A stretch of DNA of 48,537 nucleotides from Kiritimatiellales bacterium (GTDB lineage: Bacteria; Verrucomicrobiota; Kiritimatiellia; Kiritimatiellales; Pontiellaceae): NCBI GenBank assembly GCA_030595785.1, contig JAUVCG010000001.1:1-48537 (forward strand), given 5' to 3'. Both the position numbers and the translations under genes were made by a program. Of the stretch, positions 19,101 to 28,781 are shown in pieces. The notes beneath the pieces were generated by a model, which was given only the letters and a program-made list of their open reading frames with translations, ran no database searches and had not been told where the DNA came from. Each line of letters opens with the position of its first letter. Within the stretch, counting starts at the first letter, position 1.

Positions 19101-19345
19101 TGGTGATTCACTTCGACCCGTGGTGGAATCCCGCCGTCGAGGACCAGGCCACCGATCGCGCACACCGCATTGGGCAGAAGCGAACGGTCTACAGCGTCAA
19201 ACTTGTTACCAAGGGTACCGTTGAAGACAAGGTGGTTGAAATGCAGCAGCGCAAGCAGGGCATTATCGACGCCACCCTCACCACCGATGAGCAGGTCATG
19301 CAGAAGCTGACATGGGAAGACGTTCAGGAACTCCTCAGCCTTTGA
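16139..19345 (+). CDS. SWIM zinc finger + SNF2 family helicase
   Basis: CPC...ICSH (SWIM); LADEMGLGKT, LDEAQ, LTGTPIEN, SLKAGGTGLNL, DPWWNPAVEDQATDRAHRIGQ. Start at ATG 16139 after GGAG. Confidence 0.93.
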   Translation: MNNEMPFTEKNLKDWAGWRAFRDGKSLFTRGVVEKVTYDHPLISGLLNLGPRGMRSKFKVPKPGGYPDNLCPCRDNQDRGLICSHLVAMGLEVIRLNADPALEAQADAELRRAERLAKKPKGKYIQCVKKSDPNAVKARLAVELPDNWQRQVLIGKVEAGIHVEVSGKRTPAGDVSTETGFAFPHRDEKILHALEELSKGPVKSAMQFTVSDFINLLQLHTGKSIYEKHHAKGCAVHAGMLDSVMDMDLDRDNGELLLELYTDIPEGGDSADPFYVIGNTQGWIFCGGQFWPLGNLLPRSLREIYREPITIPRTDVPAFLMTHLVQIEKQMLVRSTITPDLFFMKPAKPRFHLVLKGSPASLSATLYARYNDEIELVAGRADMRGNFAIPDEKDLLRYRIRNMAAEKMAVQKLEGVGFSGRAGDTLRNIVGPREVLNFLGSGVPKIRRMGWKVELEGRIKPFAETADYVTPVVRVDESTSGDYFDVGYDYDVGTGSISERDIQRALMKGDSFIERDGRTILLDADAIQQAREVFEDCAVGTGNRPGTFRMSGIYGSYVESSLNELDGIDIEATPSWLENAKQQNEQETVEPVELSPKLKGTLRSYQQEGVNWLRFLEKRAFCGILADEMGLGKTIQTLAWIQLGRADEDHRGKPGLIVCPTSLVENWKEEAAKFTPDLKVLLLHGTDRHRKWKKVPKYDIVITSYALMRRDIEKHLEYTYSIAILDEAQHIKNRSTQNALAAKKIKAEHRLVLTGTPIENGVTDLWSIMDFLMPGYLGHHKDFREFYELPILAGGSMGDYAQAKLRRKLHPFLLRRLKKHVAKDLPPKIERIAPCKLTEDQHKVYAQLLEDSRTKISSMVEKNGFNKCRMEILKTLLRLRQTCCHIDLLHLDGVKSKHPSAKMELFFELLNEALDSKHRVLVFSQFTSMLAILKKEMDARDLKYCYLDGSTKDRQDVVKKFNKNHDIPAFLMSLKAGGTGLNLTGADMVIHFDPWWNPAVEDQATDRAHRIGQKRTVYSVKLVTKGTVEDKVVEMQQRKQGIIDATLTTDEQVMQKLTWEDVQELLSL

Positions 19346-19505
19346 GTGAATAGAGCCGCGGAAGTCTAGGTGAAAAGCGGGGTGATCCCGAATTTCCGGA
19401 GATCAGCTTCCATCGTTTCATCGGATGGTCTTTCTCCTGTCGCTTCAGCTGCTTTCGTGCCCGGTTCATCCAAATGGCATTTTTTTCATCATATCGACCT
19501 TCGTT

Positions 19506-22500
19506 TTATTCTGTATGGAGCTGCTTGATAATTCGATAAAGCTCAGTGACGCCCCATGCCTGTGCTCCGCAGCCGCGCTGCGTGTGCGGGGTATTTCCAT
19601 CGATCACTTCAGGTGATTGCCGCATGCAGCCGTTGTTGATCACATCCGAGGCACTGCCGAGAAGGGCAAGAGCGGTATCGTGTGCTTTCTCTCCATAGAC
19701 CATTGCCAGCGCCTCAGCGTACGACGGGAAGAGCCACGTCCATGCCGTACCGTTGTGGTAGGCCGGTTTGCGCCGCGTGTCTTCGTCGCCCGTATAGTGT
19801 CCCCAGTACGGGTTGTTCGGATCATTGAGGAGATGCCCGTCGCTGTGGACCGGGGCAGGGCGGCGTACCGGCCGGTCGGCCAGACTGCGGATTGCGCCGG
19901 GAATCAACAGCGGTTCGCAGGCTTCGATAATCTTCTTGCAGAGACCGGGATCCGTTACTGCGCCGAGAGTGACGGCAAGGAGCTGGTTCGAGCGCAGCGC
20001 ATCGTCCATCTCCGCATCATGCGCGCCCGTCCCCGGCACCGCGGCCAGGCAGTCGGCCAAATAGGTGGCGTCGTCGGTCTCGATCACAAACAGCGTATGG
20101 ATCGACTCTTCCACCTGTTTGGAGAGTTTTTTCCACCGGGGTGCATGATCAATGCTTGAAAGCATGTTGAGGGCATAGTGCCACAGGGCCTGAATCTCGA
20201 TCGGATAGCCCTCGCGCGGGGTTCCTTCCGGATAGTTCGTATCCATCCACGTGAAATGCGGCGGGCTGAAGATCAGCCCGGAAGCAGGGTCGAAGGCCAT
20301 GCCGTTTTCCGTGCCGTGGATCAGGCCGTCCGCCAGCGAGACCAGAACGTCCTTTAATGTTCGTCCACCGCAATCCGCCTCCATCAATTTCTGTTTACCC
20401 TGGGCTTCCATCAATTCATTGCAGGCAACGAAGAGCCAGAGCGGGGCGTCAGAGGTTTCGCGGTTATTATCGTCGTTACCCCGGATCATGTTCGGGATAG
20501 TTCCGTCTTTTTCAAACTTGGCGAATTGCAGCAGGATGTTCTCCGCTTCCTTCAGCAGCCCGGCGGCAATGATACCGCGCAGACAGATCAGCGTGTCGCG
20601 TCCCCAGTCGAGGAACCATGGATACCCCGCAATCACCGTCTGGTATGCGTCGCGCTTCACAATGAACTGCTTCATCGCAATTCCCATGCTCTCCTCAATA
20701 GACATCTGAGGGGTCAGTCCGCACATAGCGTCATTTTTTTCGGGGAATGACAATATGTGCGGGCTGACCCCTATACCTATACTGGCGATCAGTTCGGCGG
20801 TGGTACCGCCGGAGAGGTCAATCTTAAAGTAGCCGGGGCTGAAGAGGTCGGAAGATCCGTCGATGCCGCGCGCCTGGTCGACGGGGTGCTTGATCATGTA
20901 GTACCACTCCGGCTCGGAATGGAATTCGCCGGCTTCAAGCGAGACGTTCAGTTTCCGGTCGTCGGCAGGTGCAAACACAAATCTGTTTTTCTGCACTTGG
21001 ATGGCTTGCGCCCACTGTTTTTCGGGGCCGGCGAAGGCCTTTGTAATTTCGTGGTTGCAGCGGTCTTCGATGTCGGGGCGCAGGATAAGCGTCACCGGGA
21101 GGTGGTCGGCGAGGTGCTCAGGATTCTCACCTTCAGCAGGGCGGGTGAATGCCATCCTGATGGCGTTGGTGTCGGGGTGCATTTGCAGCGTGACTTTAAG
21201 CGGAACAAGCTGTCCTTCACCTACAGGTACGGCAAAGTCCCATAGGGCGGTTTCATCGTCGTAGACCGTGAAGCGTTCCTGGCAGTGGAGGGACAGTTCA
21301 TTGGAATAGTCGCGGCAGACGATCCATGCGCGGCAGCGGGTAAACATCGTGTGTCGATCGACCGGAACATTGGGGTCGAGGTTGGCGGAGAGCATACTGT
21401 CGTATTTACTGCGCAGCTCCGCCCATCCGATGCGTACTTGCGCGAGCGCACCGTGGTGGTTGGTGCAAACCGCATACCGGTCGCGGTTGTAAATTTCGCC
21501 TGCGCGGCAGGTCGTGACGATCCTGGCGTTGCATTCTTCGCATAAAAGCATGACCGGCGATTCCGTATGCTTGATTCCATCGCTCTCAAAGACCGTCAAC
21601 CTAAGCGTAAGGTTGCGATGTTCGGCGGGTATTTCCAAGGGGTGGAAAATCGTGAAGGTCTTGCCATCGGCCTGCATCAGCGATTTTTCGTGCGCCATTA
21701 TTTCGCCGTTTTCATTCTTCAGTTCGGCGATGAAGCCGTGTTCCGACCTGATGAGAAGGAAGTGGTTGGGCGGGAGCATTACGGTGCGGCGGGTGTCGCG
21801 CGGCCATTGCCATGTGGTAACGATCGGCGCACCACCGGCCAGCTCTTCGCAGAGGGTTTTGGGGTGTTCAATAAAGCGTTCGATATCGATTTTATCCAAT
21901 GCATGGAAATGATCGAACACATCCATCGTCTTGGCGCGCAAGCGCTGCTGTTCGCTTCTTGCAGATCCCCGGAAGGGCGATTCCATGGTTTTGAGCACGC
22001 GGTTTATCCATTCGGGGTCATCGGTCAGGCAGAGGACTTCGCCCGGCTGGAGTGGATACCTGCTGTTATTGTGGCGAGCCGGATTTCCGGAAAGCAGATC
22101 AGATCCGAACGCGGAAAAGTCGCCGTGCCACTCAACCATGCCCTCCTGGTCGGCGTTCAGATTGGCGAGAACGAGCAGGCGATTTTCGCCGGAGGCATCC
22201 GTGCGCAGAATGGCGGCGGAGTTGTGGTGCCCGTTGGTAATGAGCTCCACGGTGCTTCCCGCATGGAAGGAGGGGTGAATTTCCATGATGGCGTGGATGC
22301 GACGAATCCAATCAATCATGTTGTTTTCGGCGCCCCAGTTGAGCGAGTGGGCATTGTGCACGTTGATCTGTTCCTCGGCATACCACTCGACGCCGTTGGC
22401 GAAGCCGAACGCGCCGTTGTGCGAGGTGAGTGCGCAAAAGGCCGTGCGCAGACGTGCGAAGGCATGCGACGTGGCGGCAAGGCGCGCGTTGTCGTGCGTC

Positions 22501-23735
22501 TCGGCAAAGTGGATGAGATTGCCTTTGGATTCGGAGACGTGGATTGATTCAGGGAGGTAGCTGTCGACCTGTCCCTGGTCATGGTTTTGGAAGATTTCAG
22601 AATAGGCCCAGTTCATGCCGGAGTCAGCGAGCAGGCGCTCGGTGACATGTTTGTAGCCGCCGAGCCCTTCGAGCATAAAGAGGGTGTCGGGATACTCCAT
22701 GCGCACCTTGGCGATGATGTATTCCCATGCTTCGAACGGCACCTTATAGCCGGCATCGCAACGGAAGCCGTCGACGCCCTTGCGGCACCAGAAAAGGAAG
22801 ACGTTGGCCATGTATTTCCACAGGTCGCGGTGGGCATAGTTGAGTTTGGAGAGGTCTTCCCACAAAACCCCCCATGCACCCGGCGACATGAAGGAGTCGT
22901 CTTCGTTGCGGTGGAACCATTCGGGATGCCTGATTTGAAGATGCGAGGCCCATCCGGTGTGGTTGATCGGCAGGTCGAGATAGAGCAGCGCGTTGCGGCG
23001 GTGTATTTCGTCTGCGAGTTCCTGGAACTGTTCAATCGGGGTGGTCTGCTTGTCGAATTCGGCGAGGGAGGGATCGACCTCGAACAGATCCATGACGGCA
23101 AAAGGGCTTCCGAAACGGCCCATCCGCGCGTAGGTGGTGGGGATCGGGTGGACCGGCAGCAGCTGCACGATGCGGCAGCGCAATGTGCCGACGATAAAAT
23201 CGAGCTCCTTGATGAGATCGCGGAACTTTCCCGACCTTGGAATGACGGCATAGCCGGATTCGTCTAACTGCCGGACGACAGATTCTTCCTGAGGTGTGAC
23301 TGCGCCCTTGAATTTGGCCGCGCCGAACAGGCGGACGAAGGCGGTGTACATGGTGTTGCTCGCGCAGGTTTCGGCGGGCTCGACTTTCAGTACCGAATTG
23401 CCGCCTTCCGGCCAGATAAATTTTTCGGAGCCTTCGGCGATGAAATAGGCCTTGGCTTCGAAGCGGCCGACGCCGAGCAGAGGGAGGGTGATGGAAAAGC
23501 AGTCAGTGCCGGCGGCTTCCATCGGGAAGTCGTGCCAATCACGCGAGAGCGATGGCAGGCCTTGTTCGGCATGGCGTATGATTTCGGTGTGCCGAACGTG
23601 CGAGTGGCCGATATTCGAGCGCAACCACGCTTTGCCATTCTCGCCGGTGTGGTTTCCCAGCGTAAAGGTAACGGTATCACCGCGGAAATGAATCGTATGC
23701 CCGCCCGGTGCGGGGTGCTGGTTCAAGTTGCCCAT
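19506..23735 (-). CDS. Glycogen debranching enzyme: GH13-like alpha-amylase domain + amylo-alpha-1,6-glucosidase domains
   Basis: GH13 motifs DLPINHT, DGFRCDAG, ETHDN; C-terminal IAGYPWFLDWGRDTLI, DAPLW, TWMD, YHNGTAWTW, QAWG. Confidence 0.9.
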   Translation of the reverse strand: MGNLNQHPAPGGHTIHFRGDTVTFTLGNHTGENGKAWLRSNIGHSHVRHTEIIRHAEQGLPSLSRDWHDFPMEAAGTDCFSITLPLLGVGRFEAKAYFIAEGSEKFIWPEGGNSVLKVEPAETCASNTMYTAFVRLFGAAKFKGAVTPQEESVVRQLDESGYAVIPRSGKFRDLIKELDFIVGTLRCRIVQLLPVHPIPTTYARMGRFGSPFAVMDLFEVDPSLAEFDKQTTPIEQFQELADEIHRRNALLYLDLPINHTGWASHLQIRHPEWFHRNEDDSFMSPGAWGVLWEDLSKLNYAHRDLWKYMANVFLFWCRKGVDGFRCDAGYKVPFEAWEYIIAKVRMEYPDTLFMLEGLGGYKHVTERLLADSGMNWAYSEIFQNHDQGQVDSYLPESIHVSESKGNLIHFAETHDNARLAATSHAFARLRTAFCALTSHNGAFGFANGVEWYAEEQINVHNAHSLNWGAENNMIDWIRRIHAIMEIHPSFHAGSTVELITNGHHNSAAILRTDASGENRLLVLANLNADQEGMVEWHGDFSAFGSDLLSGNPARHNNSRYPLQPGEVLCLTDDPEWINRVLKTMESPFRGSARSEQQRLRAKTMDVFDHFHALDKIDIERFIEHPKTLCEELAGGAPIVTTWQWPRDTRRTVMLPPNHFLLIRSEHGFIAELKNENGEIMAHEKSLMQADGKTFTIFHPLEIPAEHRNLTLRLTVFESDGIKHTESPVMLLCEECNARIVTTCRAGEIYNRDRYAVCTNHHGALAQVRIGWAELRSKYDSMLSANLDPNVPVDRHTMFTRCRAWIVCRDYSNELSLHCQERFTVYDDETALWDFAVPVGEGQLVPLKVTLQMHPDTNAIRMAFTRPAEGENPEHLADHLPVTLILRPDIEDRCNHEITKAFAGPEKQWAQAIQVQKNRFVFAPADDRKLNVSLEAGEFHSEPEWYYMIKHPVDQARGIDGSSDLFSPGYFKIDLSGGTTAELIASIGIGVSPHILSFPEKNDAMCGLTPQMSIEESMGIAMKQFIVKRDAYQTVIAGYPWFLDWGRDTLICLRGIIAAGLLKEAENILLQFAKFEKDGTIPNMIRGNDDNNRETSDAPLWLFVACNELMEAQGKQKLMEADCGGRTLKDVLVSLADGLIHGTENGMAFDPASGLIFSPPHFTWMDTNYPEGTPREGYPIEIQALWHYALNMLSSIDHAPRWKKLSKQVEESIHTLFVIETDDATYLADCLAAVPGTGAHDAEMDDALRSNQLLAVTLGAVTDPGLCKKIIEACEPLLIPGAIRSLADRPVRRPAPVHSDGHLLNDPNNPYWGHYTGDEDTRRKPAYHNGTAWTWLFPSYAEALAMVYGEKAHDTALALLGSASDVINNGCMRQSPEVIDGNTPHTQRGCGAQAWGVTELYRIIKQLHTE

Positions 23736-23844
23736 TAAAAAAATCCTCTTAAGAAAACGTTCCGCGTTCCGCGGATTGGAAACCACATTTTATAGGCGGA
23801 ATCGTTTTTAATGTCTGGAAAAAAGGGCGTTGATTTTGTTTTGG

Positions 23845-24081
23845 CTAATCGGTCTGTTTTGCAATGCGCCAGATGTAGAGCCCGGAGATGAGCATGGTGA
23901 TGCCGGAAGCGAACATTAAAACACAACGGGCGTCAGGGGATCTTTCGGGGTTTTTACAGCACACCACCAGGCCCGTTGAGAAGAGGACTGCGCCGAAGAC
24001 CGACAGGCTCATACCCATATGCCGGAAAACCGCGATGGGTTTTCCCTTTCCGGCTTTTTCGGGAGGGTGCGAATAATCCAT
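23845..24081 (-). CDS. Small two-TM hypothetical membrane protein
   Basis: 78-aa ORF with two hydrophobic segments, starting 2 bp after the NYN gene stop. Confidence 0.5.
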   Translation of the reverse strand: MDYSHPPEKAGKGKPIAVFRHMGMSLSVFGAVLFSTGLVVCCKNPERSPDARCVLMFASGITMLISGLYIWRIAKQTD

Positions 24082-24083
24082 GG

Positions 24084-24854
24084 CTATTTCTTTTTGATTT
24101 TCACATAGATGGTATGAGCGGATTTATTGCCGGGATTTTCCCGGCGTTCGATCTCGAACAGGCCGGTGGCCTCGAACAACATGGTGAAGGTACGATAGCC
24201 ATATTTCCGTGAGTCGAAGTCGGGTTTTTGCCGCTTGATGAGGCTGCCGCATGGTCCGAGGGGTGCCCAGCCGTCTTCGTCGGCATATTCAGTTACAGTA
24301 TTTCGAAGAATGTCGATGAGTTCTGTATCCCGGCGCAGTTGCGCTACTGTCTTCTTGCCGCTCGTCTTTTTCGTTCCCGTCTTAGGTATATCATCCTTTT
24401 CCGCAGCGGGGGTCTTCAGGATTTCGGTCGAGATAAAGTCGTCACACGCATTGCGGAAAGCGGTCGGGGTCTTATCTTCGCCCACGCCGAAGACATAGAT
24501 TTGAGACTCCTTAAGGCGCGAGGCCAGCTTGGTGAAGTCGCTGTCGCTGGTGACAAGCGCGAAGGCGTCGAACTGTTCGGTGTAGAGCAGGTCCATGGCA
24601 TCGATAATCATGGCGGCGTCCGAGGAATTTTTTCCCTGTGTATAGGAAAACTGCTGAACGGGCGTGATGGCCATTTCGTTAAGGGGTTGCTTCCAGTTTT
24701 TCAAGTGGTTGCTGCTCCAGTCGCCGTAGGCCTTCTTGACAACAAGGTGCCCGTGCTTAGACAACTCCGAAAGTACGGCGCCGAGCACACTGTACTGCGC
24801 GTTTTCCGCATCAATCAACACGGCAATCTTCTGGGCGGCATCAATATTTTTCAT
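24084..24854 (-). CDS. NYN domain (PIN-like) protein with C-terminal OST-HTH/LOTUS domain
   Basis: VLIDAEN, AYGDWS, GKNSSDAAMIIDAMDLL, VTSDSDF; C-terminal DGWA...PDFDSRKYGY. Confidence 0.92.
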   Translation of the reverse strand: MKNIDAAQKIAVLIDAENAQYSVLGAVLSELSKHGHLVVKKAYGDWSSNHLKNWKQPLNEMAITPVQQFSYTQGKNSSDAAMIIDAMDLLYTEQFDAFALVTSDSDFTKLASRLKESQIYVFGVGEDKTPTAFRNACDDFISTEILKTPAAEKDDIPKTGTKKTSGKKTVAQLRRDTELIDILRNTVTEYADEDGWAPLGPCGSLIKRQKPDFDSRKYGYRTFTMLFEATGLFEIERRENPGNKSAHTIYVKIKKK

Positions 24855-24878
24855 TATGGATCCTTCGTTTAAGGATAG

Positions 24879-25280
24879 TTAATCGGCCAGCAAAGACCAT
24901 TCTTCGAGGTCGGGTTCGAGATAGGCATGTTCTAGCAATTCCTCTGCCCAGTGCTGATCAGCAGTGACCAGGCGGCGCAGCATGCGGACAGATAGGACTT
25001 GTACGGCAGGAACCTCCGACCAGAGAGCATTGTTCAGGCAGCGCCAATAGGAGGGAACCATTTTTTTGGGATGGGTGATTTGCTTGTAGCATGATTCGCA
25101 AATGAAGACGCAACCATCGACGTAGGGATCCTCTCCAAGCGGAAGCAGTTCATAGACCTCGAGTTTTACGCTGCCTTTGTCACACAGTTCGCATTTGGAG
25201 CGGGAACGGCGTACGAGGTCCTTCGCGAAGCGCGAAAGCATATTCTGCCGATGAAACTTTCCCTGAAACCCCGTAGACAT
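24879..25280 (-). CDS. PhnA-like zinc-binding protein
   Basis: RSRSKCELC, ICESC, WRCLNNALWSEVPAVQV. Confidence 0.75.
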   Translation of the reverse strand: MSTGFQGKFHRQNMLSRFAKDLVRRSRSKCELCDKGSVKLEVYELLPLGEDPYVDGCVFICESCYKQITHPKKMVPSYWRCLNNALWSEVPAVQVLSVRMLRRLVTADQHWAEELLEHAYLEPDLEEWSLLAD

Positions 25281-25435
25281 AACTGCATCCCCTTATGCAT
25301 AGAGGTTTAAAATAGGGAAATTTTTTACAATGTCTGGAAAAAAAACGAATTTTCTGAGGGGTAGAGAAATCGGGTGCAGGAGAAATTGGAGATAACCTGA
25401 AACGAACGAGATCATGAGCAGGCTCTATGTTCCTT

Positions 25436-26542
25436 TTACTCCTCGAACTCGAATTGGTAGTCTAGGCCAAGCTCATTCCGCATAGTGATCATATCGTTCT
25501 GCAGCGCTTCATTGACGGGGACGCCGGAATCCTTGCGCTCGATACCGGCCAGGTATTCCTTTTGTCCGCAGGTGTAGATCTGTTCCGCGCCCGGGGCTTT
25601 CTCGGATTCCCGCAAGGTGCGCAGGATGTCGCCGGTGGTTTTGCGGAAGTCGGCGGGATCGCAGAAGCATTCGATGTCGATAGCGATGAAGAAGTGACCG
25701 AGCTCGTAGGGTTTGAGGTTGCCTTCGGCATCGCGATTGGTGAGCTGCCGGAGGAATGCGCCCTGCTGCAGAGCGGCGGAAAGCACTTCGGTGACGGTAG
25801 CAAAGCCGTAGCCCTTGTGGCCGCCGGTCTCCTCGCCGATGCCGCCGATGGGGGTGAGGGCGGCCTCGCCGTTAATGAGGTCTTCAAGGATCTGCTTCGA
25901 GTCGGTCTTGCTTTTGCCGTCGCGGCCGATAATGAGCCCTTCCGGGCAGTCGCGGCCTTCGCGGGCATATTGCTCGATCTTGCCGCGCTGGATAACGGAG
26001 CTGGCATAATCGTTCACAAAATCGAACGGTTCATCGGTCGGGAAGCCGAAGACAAGCGGATTGGTTCCGAGCATGTTTTCGACGCCGAAAGTCGGGGCGG
26101 TGGAGGGGCGCGCGTTGGTGCCGGAAACGCCGATCATGTTTTCCTTGCAGGCCATGAGGGGGTAGTAGCCTGCAATGCCATAGTGGGTGGAGTTCCGCAC
26201 CACCACCATCCCCATGCCATGCTGTTTTGCTTTGTCGATGGCCATCTGCATACACCGCTTGGCAATCACCATGCCCATGCCGTGATGCCCATCGACGACC
26301 CCTGTGGCGAGGTGGTTGCGCACCACTTCGAATTCAGTGACGGGATGCTGGATTTTCTGATGGATTATGCGGTCGTAATAGATGGGTTTGAGCCGCCCGA
26401 TGCCATGGGAGTCGATCCCGCGCTTGTCGGAGGTAATCAATACATCGGCGCAGACCAGGGCATCTTCTTCGGGTACGCCGATCCCCTTGAACACGTCAAC
26501 CATGAACCGCTCCATCTCGTCGAAAGGAATGTGATGTATCAT
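25436..26542 (-). CDS. Ldh_2 family (type 2 malate/L-lactate/sulfolactate) dehydrogenase
   Basis: RGIDSHG, VRNSTHYGIAGYY, LGTNPL, GGHKGYG, GHFFIAID. Confidence 0.92.
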   Translation of the reverse strand: MIHHIPFDEMERFMVDVFKGIGVPEEDALVCADVLITSDKRGIDSHGIGRLKPIYYDRIIHQKIQHPVTEFEVVRNHLATGVVDGHHGMGMVIAKRCMQMAIDKAKQHGMGMVVVRNSTHYGIAGYYPLMACKENMIGVSGTNARPSTAPTFGVENMLGTNPLVFGFPTDEPFDFVNDYASSVIQRGKIEQYAREGRDCPEGLIIGRDGKSKTDSKQILEDLINGEAALTPIGGIGEETGGHKGYGFATVTEVLSAALQQGAFLRQLTNRDAEGNLKPYELGHFFIAIDIECFCDPADFRKTTGDILRTLRESEKAPGAEQIYTCGQKEYLAGIERKDSGVPVNEALQNDMITMRNELGLDYQFEFEE

Positions 26543-26812
26543 GTTTTATCTCCCCGCTGATCGTTTAAGCCCGAAATACTAATATCTGAATTTCAAACCA
26601 ATCCCATCGCTTCAGTATTTGGCAATTCAGGAATCTATTCAAGCTCGCTTATGGCCAATTGGCTGTCCTGATTATTTCAGCATATTGCCGTTGGCAGTTA
26701 CGCCCAAAAAACAGTTGCGGAAGTTTTTCGTTTCTTGGATGATGGTCTCGTGTCAGGAGGATATGGAGCCGGTGTTCCAACTCTGCGAGTGAATAACAAC
26801 AGGAGGTTTGAA

Positions 26813-27391
26813 ATGAAACGTATTGCCTTTACGCTTTTGGCCCTGGTGGTCTGCATCGGTTTTTCAGGATGTAAATCCCCGCCCAAGATGGATTCCGACA
26901 AGTCCATGTTTGACTACATGCAGGAAGAGGTCGCAAAGATCGCAGAAAAAGGCGGCATGGCCTCCGTGGGTCTGGGTGAATCCCGCAATACCCAGATCGC
27001 TATTACCAAAGCCAAGGTCGAGGCCCGAAAGAACCTTGCCCAACTGGTACAGGTGAAGATTGAAAACCTGGAAAAGGCCTTTGTTGAAGAAATCGGCGAA
27101 GCCAGCGGATCCGAGATCAACCAACTGTTCACTTCCGCTACCAAGCAGATCACCTCCCAGACCCTGCAGGGCACCATGCCGATGATACAAAAGTATGAAA
27201 CCGACGACGGCATTACTACCGCTTATATCCTGATGGTGCTCAATCCCGACGTTATCCACGAATCGCTCAAGAACAACAACAACGCGAAGCATCTCTATGA
27301 ACGCTTCCGTGCCTCCAAGGCCTTCGAAGAGCTCGATAAGGAAATCAAGGAGTTCGATGAAGCCGAGCGACAGGGCCTGATTGGAATGTAA
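26813..27391 (+). CDS. LPP20-like lipoprotein
   Basis: AGGAGG RBS; lipoprotein signal ending FSGC; VGLGES...AITKAKVEARKNLAQLVQVKI pattern. Confidence 0.7.
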   Translation: MKRIAFTLLALVVCIGFSGCKSPPKMDSDKSMFDYMQEEVAKIAEKGGMASVGLGESRNTQIAITKAKVEARKNLAQLVQVKIENLEKAFVEEIGEASGSEINQLFTSATKQITSQTLQGTMPMIQKYETDDGITTAYILMVLNPDVIHESLKNNNNAKHLYERFRASKAFEELDKEIKEFDEAERQGLIGM

Positions 27392-27428
27392 AACCATCAC
27401 TCCAATTATCCAACACTCCAATTCTTCA

Positions 27429-28481
27429 ATGAAAATACTGGGTATTGAAACCTCCTGTGATGAAACCGCCGCCGCCGTTGTCGAAGATGGCCGCACCGTG
27501 CTCTCCAACGCGGTCTATTCGCAGATCGCCAAGCACCGGCCTTATGGCGGTGTTGTGCCGGAAATCGCCTCGCGCAACCATGTGGCCAAACTTCCGGGGA
27601 TCATTGAAGAAGCGCTGGAGTCCGCCGGGGAAAGCTACGAATCCATTGATGCGCTTGCCGTCACCTACGGTCCCGGTCTGGCCAGCTCGTTGCTCATCGG
27701 TTTTTCCGCCGCCAAGACGCTGTCGCAGCGTCTCGGCAAACCGCTGATCGGCGTCAACCACCATGAAGGCCACCTGCACTCCATTTTCATGAAGGAGGAT
27801 GCTCTGACCGAGGACGCCGCTTTTCCCATGCTGGGACTCATGGTTTCGGGCGGCGACAGCAGTCTGGTACTGATGCACAAGACGGGGCAATACGAGCTGC
27901 TGGGCAGCACGATCGATGATGCCGCCGGAGAGGCGCTCGACAAGGCTGCCGCCGTGCTCAATCTCGGTTATCCCGGGGGGCCGATCATCCAGAAGACCGC
28001 CGAGGGCGGAGACCCCAATGCTGTTCGCTTTCCGCGCGGGCTGGACCAATCCGATCGCGGCAAGTGGATCTACAAATACGACCGCAACCTGTGCTTCAGT
28101 TTCAGCGGGCTCAAAACATCTTTGCTCACTTTCGTGAAGAACCTTGACCACGCACCCGAAGGCGATGAGCTGCGCGATATTTGCGCCAGCTATCAGGAAG
28201 CCGTTACCGATGCCTTGACGATCCGCGTCGACCGCGCTCTCGATCTGTTTTCGGTAAAAAGCTTCGCCTGTGCAGGCGGGGTATCGCTTAACAGGATTCT
28301 GCGCGAAAAACTGACGGCACTTTCCGCTAAGAAGGGCACACCGCTGCTCCTAAGCCCGCCTTCGCTCTGCACCGACAACGCGGCAATGATCGCCGGTGTA
28401 GCCTATGAAAAAGTGCGTCTCGGCCTTACGGGCGAGGAGCCCGGCGATGTCAACCCCAACCTGCGGTTGGCCAATTGGTAG
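27429..28481 (+). CDS. tsaD: tRNA N6-threonylcarbamoyladenosine (t6A) transferase subunit
   Basis: ILGIETSCDET, GGVVPEIASRNH, TYGPGL, HHEGH, TIDDAAGEA, FSFSGLKT, CTDNAAMIA. Confidence 0.97.
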   Translation: MKILGIETSCDETAAAVVEDGRTVLSNAVYSQIAKHRPYGGVVPEIASRNHVAKLPGIIEEALESAGESYESIDALAVTYGPGLASSLLIGFSAAKTLSQRLGKPLIGVNHHEGHLHSIFMKEDALTEDAAFPMLGLMVSGGDSSLVLMHKTGQYELLGSTIDDAAGEALDKAAAVLNLGYPGGPIIQKTAEGGDPNAVRFPRGLDQSDRGKWIYKYDRNLCFSFSGLKTSLLTFVKNLDHAPEGDELRDICASYQEAVTDALTIRVDRALDLFSVKSFACAGGVSLNRILREKLTALSAKKGTPLLLSPPSLCTDNAAMIAGVAYEKVRLGLTGEEPGDVNPNLRLANW

Positions 28482-28679
28482 AATTGTTCTCCAGCATGCG
28501 GCAACTGGTCGGATGATCTCTATACGCTGGATATCTCCAGCGATGCCACGACGTTGGTTGGTAATACGGGATTGGGGAATGCGTTAGGATTGGCAGCCAT
28601 TCCTGAACCCGCGTCGATGGTCTTCTTCGTCTCTGCTTCAGTACTCATTGGATTTATTCGTCGGTGGTTTCTGGTTTAG
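28482..28679 (+). pseudogene. Orphan C-terminal fragment of a PEP-CTERM protein (not in ORF track)
   Basis: Manual translation: ...DDLYTLDISSDATTLVGNTGLGNALGLAA-IPEP-ASMVFFVSASVLIGFI-RRWFLV*. This is PEP + TM + basic tail, with no signal peptide or convincing start. Confidence 0.75.
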
Positions 28680-28781
28680 CATCCTTTTGAATATCTACAT
28701 GGGAATACCGACGCGGGTTGCATTGGTTTCTTCCGGGACGAATGAATCCAGCCTGACCAATACCAGGTTTGCCCTGAGGCC

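Noticed and set aside
16139-25280. Anti-phage defence island (SNF2 helicase, NYN nuclease)
   Set aside because: The genes are separated by housekeeping genes, lie on different strands, have common stand-alone architectures, and have no partner defence genes.
27429-28679. Programmed amber readthrough giving a TsaD-PEP-CTERM fusion
   Set aside because: TsaD is cytoplasmic, has no signal peptide and appears complete at its stop; in-frame adjacency is easily due to chance.
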